Of a DNA stretch of 64,000 bases, positions 19,773-28,411 are shown one piece after another. Within the stretch, counting starts at the first letter, position 1, and every line of letters starts with the position of its first letter. A program made the position numbers and the translations under genes. The notes beneath the pieces were generated by a model. That model saw nothing but the letters and a program-made list of their open reading frames with translations, ran no database searches and was not told the DNA's origin. This stretch comes from an uncultured SAR86 cluster bacterium (GTDB lineage: Bacteria; Pseudomonadota; Gammaproteobacteria; Magnimaribacterales; AG-339-G14): contig CACELJ010000001.1 in the NCBI GenBank assembly GCA_902560275.1, positions 74,009-138,008 of the forward strand. Direction: 5' to 3'.

Positions 19773-21004
19773 TATCTTAATATCTTGGCTGGGATAATTT
19801 TTGAAGCTGATCTTGCGGGATAGATACTTGCAAATGATGTTATCAATAATGATCCTAATATAATTGAAATAATCCACTCAATTCTTAAGTCTGTAGGAAG
19901 ATAACTTATGAAATACCACTGCAAATAACCAGAAATAATTACATCAAAATATGATGAGGCTATAAAAAATGACATAAACAGACCTAATAAGGTTCCAATA
20001 GATATTCCCCAAAAAGAGATTATCAAACCAAGATATAAAAATATTTGAATAATTTTCATATCACTCATGCCCACTGTTTTTAGGATTGCAATTTGTTCTT
20101 TTTTTTCATTAAGCATCATCATTAACATTGCAACTACATTAAAGGCTGCAATAACTATGATTAAACTTGTTAGCAAAAAAACTAAACTTCTTTCCATGCC
20201 AACAGCTCTCCAGAGAGTCCCAAACTGAGAACTCCAATCATTAACTCTTAGAGGTTGTTTAGAATAATTCTGAGCTTTTATTAAAGCATTGTAAGTTAAA
20301 TCTGGAGCGTCAAAAAGATCATCAAATTTCAGTCTTATGCCTGTCACATTTCCTGATAGCGAAAGAAGTTTCGAGGCATCATTAATGTTTATGAAAGCAT
20401 AATTTGAATCTAGATCATTAGATCCCATGCTATAAATTCCGGAAATAGAAAAAACTTTCATTTTTGGATAAATTCCGGTTAAAGAAATTTTAGGATTTGG
20501 TAACAATAAAGTTACTTTATCTCCAATGGAGACAGATAGCTGCCTTGCTAATAAATCACCTAAGATTAAGTTAAAACTTCCTTCGCTTAAATCATCAAAT
20601 GATCCAACAAACATATTGTTTGGAACATTAGATACATTTGATTCATATGATGGATCAACTCCATATATAAGAGTTCCCTTTAATTTTGATTTAGAGCCAA
20701 TAAGTGACTGAGTTTCTACATATGGTGCTGCTCCTTTAAGTCTGTCCATATCAGATAACGAATCAATAAGTTCGATTGGATTAGAAATTGATGAGTAACC
20801 GTAAATATTTCCGTGAGGAATTGAGTTTAATATTTTCTCCTTTAGTTCTTTTTCAAATCCATTAAATACCGAGGAAACAATAATAAGAACAGCTACTCCA
20901 AGAGATACTGAACCCAAGGATAGTTTAGAAACAAAAGATAAGAATCCTTCCTTTTTAGAATTGAAATATCTTAAAGCAATAAAAAAAGGAAGGTTTTGTC
21001 TCAA
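19772..21004 (-). CDS. Lipoprotein-releasing system permease (LolC/LolE/LolF type); the only such permease seen in this window
   Basis: 410 aa with the MacB/FtsX-type topology: an N-terminal TM, a large periplasmic domain and a C-terminal three-TM FtsX domain. The N-terminus FIALRYFNSKK is typical of LolC/E. Confidence 0.8.
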   Translation of the reverse strand: MRQNLPFFIALRYFNSKKEGFLSFVSKLSLGSVSLGVAVLIIVSSVFNGFEKELKEKILNSIPHGNIYGYSSISNPIELIDSLSDMDRLKGAAPYVETQSLIGSKSKLKGTLIYGVDPSYESNVSNVPNNMFVGSFDDLSEGSFNLILGDLLARQLSVSIGDKVTLLLPNPKISLTGIYPKMKVFSISGIYSMGSNDLDSNYAFININDASKLLSLSGNVTGIRLKFDDLFDAPDLTYNALIKAQNYSKQPLRVNDWSSQFGTLWRAVGMERSLVFLLTSLIIVIAAFNVVAMLMMMLNEKKEQIAILKTVGMSDMKIIQIFLYLGLIISFWGISIGTLLGLFMSFFIASSYFDVIISGYLQWYFISYLPTDLRIEWIISIILGSLLITSFASIYPARSASKIIPAKILR

Positions 21005-21010
21005 TAGATT

Positions 21011-22462
21011 TTATTTAAGAGCGTTCTTTTTGGCTGATTCAAACATTTTGCCTTTGTAAGGAGGCATCATGTTTTTCAATAAGTCAGAACTAAATTGAGT
21101 TAGAACTGATTTTTGATGACTGAATCTCTTAAAACCTTCATGACCGTGATAAGAACCGATACCACTGTCTCCAACTCCACCAAAAGGCATATCTTCCTGA
21201 CCGTAGTGCCACACAACATCATTAATAGTTGCTCCCCCAGATGTGGTCCTATTAAGAATTTTATTTTGGGTATCTTTATTTTTACCAAAATAATACAGAG
21301 CTAAAGGTCTAGGTTTTGAATTGACGTAGCTTATGGTTTCATCAATATCCTCATATTCTTTAATAGGCATAACAGGCCCAAAGATCTCTTCCTGCATGAT
21401 TTTCATATCATCAGTAGGATTTAGAACAAAAGTTGGAGGAATTTTATGTCCTTCTTGTTGCTCAAAATCTTCATTTGCAGGATTAATTGTTTTAATTTCA
21501 GCACCCTTTTCTTTTGCATCTTCGATAAGACTGTTAATCCTTTCAAAATGTCTTTGATTAACAATAGAAGTGTAGTGTTCGTTGTATTTCATATCTGGAT
21601 ACATTTCGGAAACAGCTTTAGTGCTTTCATCTATAAATTCGTCAACTTTACCTTTAGGCATCATCATATAATCAGGAGCAATGCAGATTTGACCAGCATT
21701 CATTGTTTTACCACGCATCAATCTTGTAGCCGATAAAGAAACATCGGCTGTTTCATCCATAATTACTGGAGATTTGCCGCCTAGCTCCAGTGTAACTGGA
21801 ACGAGGTTTCCCGCGGCAGATTGCATAACTTTTCTACCGTTGTTGGTCGATCCAGTAAAAAGTAGGTGATCAAAGTCAAGATTTCCAAAGGCCTCTGCCA
21901 CATCAGGACCTCCTAGAAAAACTTCAACTTCTGCTTTGTCATAAAATTCATTAAACATCTTTTTAGTTAGATCTGATGTTTTCGGAGTTATTTCAGAGGG
22001 TTTAATCATTACTCTATTTCCGGCAGCAAATGCTTGCGCTATCGGAGAAATAATTAAATTTATCGGAAAATTCCATGGTTTAATCATTCCAATGGTTCCA
22101 AGAGGTTGATATTGAATTTCCGTCTTAGCGCCCAATAAACGCATCATTAATCTAGCTACAAAAGGCTGACTTGAATTTGATTGTCTGGTTTCTGACTTCA
22201 TCCATTTTTTAAGATTTTTGATTGAATAATCAACACTTCCTAAGCTAGACATAACTTCTGATAAAAAAGTACTGTTTTTATCTCTAGTTCCGTAATCTTC
22301 ACTAATAGTATCTACTATCTCATCAGAATATTTTTTTAACATCTGAGAGAGTCTATTTAATCTATCTAAACGTAATTCATAACTTGCAGGTCCTTCATCG
22401 ATATGAGCTTTTTTTTGCAAAGCTAAAACTTCCTTCATTTCATCAAAAACAGAATCAGTCAT
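21011..22462 (-). CDS. NAD(P)-dependent aldehyde dehydrogenase (class 3 / coniferyl- or fatty-aldehyde type)
   Basis: 483 aa with LELGGKSP and the catalytic-Cys region NAGQICIAPDY. The EEIFGPV motif is present. Confidence 0.85.
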   Translation of the reverse strand: MTDSVFDEMKEVLALQKKAHIDEGPASYELRLDRLNRLSQMLKKYSDEIVDTISEDYGTRDKNSTFLSEVMSSLGSVDYSIKNLKKWMKSETRQSNSSQPFVARLMMRLLGAKTEIQYQPLGTIGMIKPWNFPINLIISPIAQAFAAGNRVMIKPSEITPKTSDLTKKMFNEFYDKAEVEVFLGGPDVAEAFGNLDFDHLLFTGSTNNGRKVMQSAAGNLVPVTLELGGKSPVIMDETADVSLSATRLMRGKTMNAGQICIAPDYMMMPKGKVDEFIDESTKAVSEMYPDMKYNEHYTSIVNQRHFERINSLIEDAKEKGAEIKTINPANEDFEQQEGHKIPPTFVLNPTDDMKIMQEEIFGPVMPIKEYEDIDETISYVNSKPRPLALYYFGKNKDTQNKILNRTTSGGATINDVVWHYGQEDMPFGGVGDSGIGSYHGHEGFKRFSHQKSVLTQFSSDLLKNMMPPYKGKMFESAKKNALK

Positions 22463-22485
22463 ATTTCCTCCTGTACATTACAATT

Positions 22486-23379
22486 CTAAACAGTTCTTTG
22501 TTTTTTGTCTTTCTCGTTAGAGCCTTTTATTGTGCTTTTGATGGCTTCCCAATCTTCATCCTTAAAAGAGCTCATCATCGAAAAAGTACCCCCGCCAGTG
22601 ATGTATTGTGCTCCATCAATAGCAATCGTTTGACCTGTAAGGTATTCACAGCCATCTGCCATTAAGAAAGTTGCTAAATTCCCAAGCTCATCCATTTTTC
22701 CTACTCTTCCTAACGGAACATTACTTCTTTCAGCATCCTCAGAAATATCAGATTTTTTATCTCCTGTTTGAGGCATCAACCTTGCCCAAGCTCCTTCTGT
22801 TGGAAATGGACCTGGGGCGATAGAGTTTAATCTTATACCGTGAGGTCCCCACTCAACTGCCAATGACTTTGTCATGGCATTAATACCTGACTTTGACATT
22901 GCAGATGGAACAACAAATGGCGATCCAGTCCAGACCCATGTTGCCAGAATAGAGACAATACTTCCTTTATGCCCAAGTTCTAACCATCTTTTACCAACAG
23001 CATTAGTAATATAGAAAGTACCATGAAAAACAATTGATGCAATTGCATTAAAACCATTTGGAGATAAATCTTTAGTTCTTGAAATAAAGTTTCCTGCGGC
23101 GTTGTTTACTAACCCATCAAGCGGTCCTTCATTAAAAACATTTTCAATATTTTCTTCAATTGACATTGCGTCTCTAATATCAAGAGGAAAATAATTAACT
23201 TTTCCACCATGCTCGGACATAATTTCATCAGCAGCATCCTTAAGAACGTTTTCCCTTCTACCACAAATGTAAACTTCCGCTCCGTGCTTGACGAAGTGCC
23301 TAGTCATTTCCTTACCTAGACCCGATCCACCTCCGGTTACTAAGATTCTTTTTCCTTTTAATACATTTTTATCAAACAT
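22486..23379 (-). CDS. Short-chain dehydrogenase/reductase, 2,4-dienoyl-CoA reductase-like
   Basis: Start at MFDKNVLKGKRILVTGGGSGLGKEM (Rossmann TGGGSGLG). The NNAAGNF motif is present. The active-site region SAMSKSGINAMTKSLAVEW is of the DECR type. The track ORF N-terminal extension (to 23487) overlaps the upstream MFS gene and looks spurious. Confidence 0.75.
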   Translation of the reverse strand: MFDKNVLKGKRILVTGGGSGLGKEMTRHFVKHGAEVYICGRRENVLKDAADEIMSEHGGKVNYFPLDIRDAMSIEENIENVFNEGPLDGLVNNAAGNFISRTKDLSPNGFNAIASIVFHGTFYITNAVGKRWLELGHKGSIVSILATWVWTGSPFVVPSAMSKSGINAMTKSLAVEWGPHGIRLNSIAPGPFPTEGAWARLMPQTGDKKSDISEDAERSNVPLGRVGKMDELGNLATFLMADGCEYLTGQTIAIDGAQYITGGGTFSMMSSFKDEDWEAIKSTIKGSNEKDKKQRTV

Positions 23380-24601
23380 TAATTTCTCCCGTATGAAGCT
23401 TGTTAGTAAACTTTTTAGACAAGTTAATAAACATAATAATGAGTACAGATAGAATGGCAATAAATATAAAAGGATAATTTGGCGCAATCATATACAAAGG
23501 CATGGTTATGATAGGCGTCAGAAGATGACCCAATGGCATTACACCTCCCAACAATCCGTTTATCAAACCCTGCTCATTTTTATTTACCGATAAAGACAGT
23601 TGAGCTACATTTCCAGAACGTGTGAGAGCTGAGCCCACTCCGTGTAAAGTGAGATACACAAACAATATGTAAATACTCGGCGCAAACGCAATTCCTAAAA
23701 AAGAAAATAGCATTATCAAAGGTCCTACTCTTAGTAATAAATAAGGAGAAAGTCTTAACCTATCAACTAAAAACAATTGAGTTAAAAGACCTGATATTGC
23801 AATCAACGAAAAACCAAATGCTACGTAAGGATATATATTCTCAATTTCAGGACTTAAATCTTGAAAATAAAGAGATGCTGTAAGTACCATGGTTGCATTC
23901 GACATACCCATAAAAGCGGCAACGAACATCGACGGCCAAATTCTTTCATCTAGATAATTTATTTTTTTTACTGTTTTATCGACTTCTGTATCAACGTGTG
24001 AGTTTTTCATTAATCTAAAATTCATATATCCAGCAATCAAGCCAGCAAGACCAATGATTAAGAACGGAAGAGAGAAATCTCCATCACTAAGCCACAGAAC
24101 TAATCCAACAAAAATTGGACCAACAATCACACCAAATTGCCAGCCTGCATCAAAACGGGCAAATCCAGTTGTCCGTAATTCAGGTGTTGTAATATCTGCA
24201 ATCCTGCCCCCTGCTGCTGGACGAACGGCGCTACCAAAAAGTCCATTTATTAATCTTGTTAAAATTAATAAGGGAAGTACAAGATAGAGGGGGATTATTA
24301 ATTGTCTTGCAGATTCAATTAATGTCGTTATCAAAATAAGAGAGATTGCGAATCCAATCATTCCTATTAAAAAAATCCAGTGTCTGCCAAATTTATCACT
24401 TAAATCACCCCAAAATGGACTGGAAATCATCCAGGCAACAGCAGAAATAGAGAAAATTAAACCTACTTGGAACTCATTAAAGCCTAAATTTCTGACTTCC
24501 GGAGGAATTAAAATAAACATCGTTGATTGACCTGCTCCTACAAACGCCAAAGCTATTGCTAACAACCATATTGATCGAGGAGCACTATTATTCGATTGCA
24601 T
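23372..24601 (-). CDS. MFS transporter
   Basis: 409 aa with about 12 hydrophobic helices. An MFS loop 2-3 motif-like GDLSDKFGRH is present. Confidence 0.75.
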   Translation of the reverse strand: MQSNNSAPRSIWLLAIALAFVGAGQSTMFILIPPEVRNLGFNEFQVGLIFSISAVAWMISSPFWGDLSDKFGRHWIFLIGMIGFAISLILITTLIESARQLIIPLYLVLPLLILTRLINGLFGSAVRPAAGGRIADITTPELRTTGFARFDAGWQFGVIVGPIFVGLVLWLSDGDFSLPFLIIGLAGLIAGYMNFRLMKNSHVDTEVDKTVKKINYLDERIWPSMFVAAFMGMSNATMVLTASLYFQDLSPEIENIYPYVAFGFSLIAISGLLTQLFLVDRLRLSPYLLLRVGPLIMLFSFLGIAFAPSIYILFVYLTLHGVGSALTRSGNVAQLSLSVNKNEQGLINGLLGGVMPLGHLLTPIITMPLYMIAPNYPFIFIAILSVLIIMFINLSKKFTNKLHTGEINV

Positions 24602-24608
24602 AAAATTA

Positions 24609-25175
24609 TTAATCTCTAGCTAGAGAGATAAGGAAAAAAGAATTTTTGCTGTGGGTAAAGCAAATAAATTCATCATAAGAAACTAGTGCATGAGACCACT
24701 CATGTTCGTATTTACTTGGCTTGATTTCTTTAAAAGATTCAGAATTTTCTAAAAATACAAATTTATAACAGTCAGAATAAATTTTATTTACTCTTTCATT
24801 AAATTTTCCGATTGCCTCATTATTGATGACATTCTTATATTTAGTCTTTGCATTAACTACTGAATCAAGCGATTTTAAGAAAGAATTGTTGGGTGGTATT
24901 TCAAGATAATTTTCTAATTGAATATTTTTAGATAGAAAAGGTCCATGATATTTAGGAAGATAATTAAAGATATTCCCAGTTAATTGGAAATTAAAAAAAG
25001 GACTAGCCTTGTATATTTCTAATAATTTTTTTGATGAATAAGATTTATTGTTATTTATCGAAAAGAAAGAAATTAAACATTGGAAATTTGTACCCAATCT
25101 CAGATAGTCAGTACCATTTAAAAGTAAATCTTCACTTTTATGCGAAAGACTTTTTTTACTTTTTTCAGATTCCAA
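24609..25175 (-). CDS. Hypothetical protein (no family recognised)
   Basis: 188-aa ORF whose start overlaps the trpS stop by 11 nt. No signal peptide or TM segment. It has a His/Cys-containing C-terminal patch (YEHEWSHALVSYDEFICFTH). Confidence 0.5.
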   Translation of the reverse strand: MESEKSKKSLSHKSEDLLLNGTDYLRLGTNFQCLISFFSINNNKSYSSKKLLEIYKASPFFNFQLTGNIFNYLPKYHGPFLSKNIQLENYLEIPPNNSFLKSLDSVVNAKTKYKNVINNEAIGKFNERVNKIYSDCYKFVFLENSESFKEIKPSKYEHEWSHALVSYDEFICFTHSKNSFFLISLARD

Positions 25176-26148
25176 TTTTTTCCTTAATTTGCTCTAAATT
25201 TTTATTAGCCTCTTCTCTAGCCAAAGTTTCACCAGCCTCTAATGTATCTTCTATCAATTTAGGATTATCTATTAATTCGAAATATTTATCTCTAAGTGGT
25301 GATATTTCTTGATTTATTTTTGCAAATAACTTTTTCTTGGCATCTCCCCAACCAATTCCGTCTTCAAATTCCTTTTTTATCTCATCTATTTCTTTTTCAT
25401 TAGAAAAGTGATTAAAGTACTGAAAAATAATTGAATCTTTTGTTTCTTTTTTTTCACCAGGTTCTTTCGAATCGGTTTTAATTTTATTGATAGATTTTTG
25501 CAAAATTTTTTCAGAAGAAAATAAATCAATTGAGTTATTGTAACTTTTACTCATCTTTCTCCCATCTGTACCAATCAATAAATCAAGAGATTCATCAATA
25601 ATGGGTTCAGGTAATTGAAAAAAATTTTTATAAGTTTTATTAAATTTATCTGCTATGTCGCGAGTAATTTCTAAATGTTGTTTTTGATCTTTACCCACAG
25701 GAACATACTTAGGATTGAAGATCAAAATATCTGCTGACATCAACACTGGATAACTAAATAAACCATGAGAAATGCCATAGTCATCATCGTTTTTATTTTC
25801 TTTGTTTAGATCGACTGCAGCTTTGTATGCATGAGCTCTATTAAGAAGCCCCTTAGGAGCCATACAAGACAAGATCCAGTTTAATTCAAGTATTTGAGGA
25901 ACTTTCGATTGTCTGTAGAAAAGAGAATTTTTACTATCAAGTCCGCACGCTAACCATGACGCAGCTATTTTCATGGAAGATTCTTTTACGGCTACAGGAT
26001 CATTAACTTTTATCAAAGAATGATAATCGGCTAGAAAGAGATAGGATTTAAATTTCTTGCTTAGTTCTAAAGCAGGTTTTATAGCTCCAACATAATTGCC
26101 TAAATGAGGAGTACCAGTAGTTGTAATACCTGTAAGAGAGGAATTCAT
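25165..26148 (-). CDS. trpS: Tryptophan--tRNA ligase
   Basis: 327 aa. The class I HIGH-like motif is TGTPHLGNY and the KMSKS motif is present. Size is typical of bacterial TrpRS. Confidence 0.9.
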   Translation of the reverse strand: MNSSLTGITTTGTPHLGNYVGAIKPALELSKKFKSYLFLADYHSLIKVNDPVAVKESSMKIAASWLACGLDSKNSLFYRQSKVPQILELNWILSCMAPKGLLNRAHAYKAAVDLNKENKNDDDYGISHGLFSYPVLMSADILIFNPKYVPVGKDQKQHLEITRDIADKFNKTYKNFFQLPEPIIDESLDLLIGTDGRKMSKSYNNSIDLFSSEKILQKSINKIKTDSKEPGEKKETKDSIIFQYFNHFSNEKEIDEIKKEFEDGIGWGDAKKKLFAKINQEISPLRDKYFELIDNPKLIEDTLEAGETLAREEANKNLEQIKEKIGI

Positions 26149-26159
26149 AGTGTAAGTAT

Positions 26160-26185
26160 AAAAAAAAACACCACAAAAGTGGTGT
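26160..26185 (-). terminator. Intrinsic terminator (minus orientation) ending 11 nt upstream of the trpS ATG
   Basis: On the minus strand it reads ACACCAC-UUUU-GUGGUGU (7-bp stem, 26185..26168) followed by a U8 tract (26167..26160). The next 11 nt, AUACUUACACU, lead directly into the trpS ATG. Confidence 0.6.
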
Positions 26186-26191
26186 TTTATC

Positions 26192-26289
26192 GAAGTTGAA
26201 GGGGTTCAGTGGGTTCTACTGATGCAGGCGATTGACCCTTCTCCCTGCAGGTGGCTGAGTTTCCTCAGTTCTTCTCACCCTTCTTCTTC
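26192..26289 (-). ncRNA. Candidate structured RNA (unclassified): either a cis-acting leader of trpS or an independent sRNA
   Basis: A GC/purine-rich island sits in an otherwise AT-rich 319-bp gap. On the minus strand a closing helix GAAGAAGAAGGG / CCCUUCAACUUC (10 of 12 pairs) encloses three hairpins: CUGAG-GAAA-CUCAG, UGCAGG-(15 nt)-CCUGCA and CAGU-AGAACCC-ACUG. Loop GGGU is complementary to loop ACCC. Confidence 0.35.
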
Positions 26290-26351
26290 TCATCTTTTAC
26301 TTCCGTTTAATCGTCTCGAGTTAATTAAATTTTGTTAAAAGACTGATATCT

Positions 26352-26379
26352 ATACTAATGATTTTTTAGTTTGATTCAA
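26352..26379 (-). promoter_or_regulatory. Possible sigma70-type promoter for the candidate RNA / trpS leader
   Basis: On the minus strand: TTGAAT (26379..26374), a 16-nt spacer, then TAGTAT (26357..26352). Such hexamers arise easily by chance in AT-rich DNA. Confidence 0.2.
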
Positions 26380-26467
26380 TACCCAAAATGCACTTTTTAA
26401 GATTAATTGATTATTAAAAAAATTTTTTATATTTATTTATAAAATAAAAAGGCAAATTGGTTAGATT

Positions 26468-26998
26468 TTAATCAATTATAGATAAGATCTCTTCAATTGA
26501 GTCGTATAAGTTGAACATATTGAATGTTTTTTCATTAAAAAAACCTTCATCTTTTGCATGCTCAAGAAATATTTTAAGGGAATCATAAAAACCGTTCGTA
26601 TTTAAAATAAAAATTGGTTTTTTTATAATTTTGAGTTGATTCCATGCCATGATTTCAAAGATCTCTTCATATGATCCAACTCCTCCCGGTAACAAAATGA
26701 AACAATCAGCAGCATCACACATGAGTGTTTTTCTTTCATGCATGGTTTGAACAATTTCTAATTCTTGAATACCTTCATGACCAGCTTCCATATCAAGTAA
26801 TCTTTCAGTAATAACTCCATAAACGTCACCTCCTGCAGAAAGACAGCCATTTGCAAGTTCATTCATCAATCCTAACCCTCCTCCACCATAAACAAGTTTA
26901 TGATTTGAGATAGCAATTTGTTTACCTAATTCAAAAGCTGTTTCGGCATAGAGAGGATCCTTACCAATTGATGAACCTAGAAAGACACAAATATTCAT
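26468..26998 (-). CDS. LOG family protein (cytokinin riboside 5'-monophosphate phosphoribohydrolase-like / TIGR00730)
   Basis: Starts at MNICVFLGSS. It has the GGGxxGLM motif (YGGGGLGLMNE) and the PGGxGxxEE motif (LLPGGVGSYEEIFE). The track ORF extension (to 27034) runs into the tRNA gene and is rejected. Confidence 0.8.
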   Translation of the reverse strand: MNICVFLGSSIGKDPLYAETAFELGKQIAISNHKLVYGGGGLGLMNELANGCLSAGGDVYGVITERLLDMEAGHEGIQELEIVQTMHERKTLMCDAADCFILLPGGVGSYEEIFEIMAWNQLKIIKKPIFILNTNGFYDSLKIFLEHAKDEGFFNEKTFNMFNLYDSIEEILSIID

Positions 26999-27006
26999 TT
27001 TTGTTA

Positions 27007-27098
27007 TGGCGGAGGGGGTGGGATTCGAACCCACGAGGCCATTTCTGACCTGCTGGTTTTCAAGACCAGTGCATTCAACCAGACTCTGCCACCCCTCC
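27007..27098 (-). tRNA. tRNA-Ser (anticodon UGA), with encoded CCA
   Basis: Minus strand: GGAGGGGTGGCAGAGTCTGGTTGAATGCACTGGTCTTGAAAACCAGCAGGTCAGAAATGGCCTCGTGGGTTCGAATCCCACCCCCTCCGCCA. It has a 7-bp acceptor stem, an anticodon stem CTGGT/ACCAG with loop CTTGAAA, a long variable arm (class II) and a GGTTCGAATCC T-loop. Confidence 0.9.
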
Positions 27099-27172
27099 TT
27101 TTTGGTTTGCTTATTCTATATGAGTTTCAGAACGAAGAAAGATTTTAAAGGAAGCAATTATAATTTTTCCTG

Positions 27173-28405
27173 CTAAGATTGAAATTCAAAAGATGGATTA
27201 CTGTTTCTTCTGATTTGCAAAAAGAAAATTGTAAGAATAATCAGATTTATAAATCCAGATATACCTGCGATAGTGAATGCTAAAGTGTAGTCTCCATTAA
27301 TATCAAATAAATAACCTCCAAGAAAACCTCCTATGCCCATTCCTATCCAGCCAAAAAAAGATGTAATACTCATTGCTCTGGCTCCAAACTTTGCTGATAC
27401 CATCATTCTTGTGCACACTAAAATGCTAGACATGACGCCAGAATAAGTAAATCCAAACAAAGCGGCAATTAAATAGATACCTAAAGGTGAGACTAAATGC
27501 GGGAACCAAACTACAAAAATAGTTTGCCCTAATGACATTAATATATAGCCGGGCAATGCTCCAATATAATCTCCAAGCATGCCCCCAAAAATTCTTCCAA
27601 AAGCTCCACAAATCATTAAAAGCATTAATACAAATGTAGAAAATTCTAATGAGAAACCTTTATCCGTGAGTAACGGCACTAGATGCATTATTGGTACCGA
27701 CATGCATACACAACAAAAAATTACAGCAACACTTATCCATGCGACTACTGCTTTTTCAGATAAAGGAAAATCCCTCTCTTCTATTTCTTCATCTTGTCTC
27801 GCTCCTTCCCTCCAAGATGATTCCTGAATTAATAAAGCAATAGGTAAAGATATTGCTAAGTATATTAAAGCTAAATAAATATAGGCATCTCGCCACCCTG
27901 ATGCTTCGATCAAAATACCACTGATGTGAGGAATAAAAGCCTGTCCAACAGCACCACCGGATGCAGCAATACCCAGTGCAAGACCAGGATTCTCTCTGAA
28001 CCAGAATCCAACGTTTGCATACAAAGGTGAAAACAACAGAGCTGATCCAAAAGCTCCAAACAAAAAATATAAAAGGTAAAACTTATAAATTGAATCGAGC
28101 GAACTTAATGAGAATAGGATAAAGCCCATGCTTACAGCGCCTGCTAGACCAAACCATTTAGTTCCATATTTATCTGCCACGTAACCCCAAAAAACTCCGA
28201 AAGCTGCTGATGAAAAAGATGCCACTGTGTAAGCAAAAGAGGTTTGTCCTCTAGACCAATCAAATTCATGAGACACTGGTTTTAAAAACACAGAAATTGA
28301 AGCCATAGACCCAAAAGCAAGCCCACTTAAAGTAAAAACAACAACGACCATAATCCAACCATAATTAATGCTGTTTTTTTGAAAAATATCTTGTAAGGCT
28401 CGCAT
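27173..28405 (-). CDS. MFS transporter (oxalate/formate antiporter-like subfamily)
   Basis: 410 aa with 12 predicted helices. WGYVADKYGTKW resembles the OFA/MCT-like loop motif. Confidence 0.7.
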   Translation of the reverse strand: MRALQDIFQKNSINYGWIMVVVVFTLSGLAFGSMASISVFLKPVSHEFDWSRGQTSFAYTVASFSSAAFGVFWGYVADKYGTKWFGLAGAVSMGFILFSLSSLDSIYKFYLLYFLFGAFGSALLFSPLYANVGFWFRENPGLALGIAASGGAVGQAFIPHISGILIEASGWRDAYIYLALIYLAISLPIALLIQESSWREGARQDEEIEERDFPLSEKAVVAWISVAVIFCCVCMSVPIMHLVPLLTDKGFSLEFSTFVLMLLMICGAFGRIFGGMLGDYIGALPGYILMSLGQTIFVVWFPHLVSPLGIYLIAALFGFTYSGVMSSILVCTRMMVSAKFGARAMSITSFFGWIGMGIGGFLGGYLFDINGDYTLAFTIAGISGFINLIILTIFFLQIRRNSNPSFEFQS

Positions 28406-28411
28406 AGACTA

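Noticed and set aside
26192-26289. Identification of the structured element as SRP (4.5S) RNA, a TPP riboswitch or a ZTP riboswitch
   Set aside because: Superficial matches exist: a GNRA-capped hairpin followed by CAGCC, CUGAG..ACCC..UGAACC, and CGCCUG. However, SRP needs a single long hairpin with the conserved symmetric and asymmetric loops. TPP needs an unpaired CUGAGA plus the P4/P5 pyrophosphate arm. ZTP needs the GGGUCGUGA / CCGCCUGGGC pseudoknot. None of these is present in the right order.
26216-26293. 25-aa Arg-rich mini-ORF (MRRRRVRRTEETQPPAGRRVNRLHQ) inside the candidate RNA, considered as a leader peptide for attenuation
   Set aside because: It contains no Trp codons, so it cannot act as a trpL-style sensor for trpS. 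The Arg run is simply the purine-rich GAAGAAGAAGGG strand of the proposed closing helix read in frame. There is no convincing Shine-Dalgarno sequence.
26999-27034. N-terminal extension of the LOG-family ORF (MGSNPTPSAITK...) given in the ORF track
   Set aside because: The extension is the reverse-strand reading of the tRNA-Ser gene itself. LOG homologues begin at the MxICVF(G)GS segment.
27007-27098. tRNA-Ser as the anchor of an integrated genomic island
   Set aside because: There is no integrase, no direct repeat of the tRNA 3' end and no phage or mobile genes. I could see no compositional break on either side. The flanking genes are ordinary metabolic or transporter genes.
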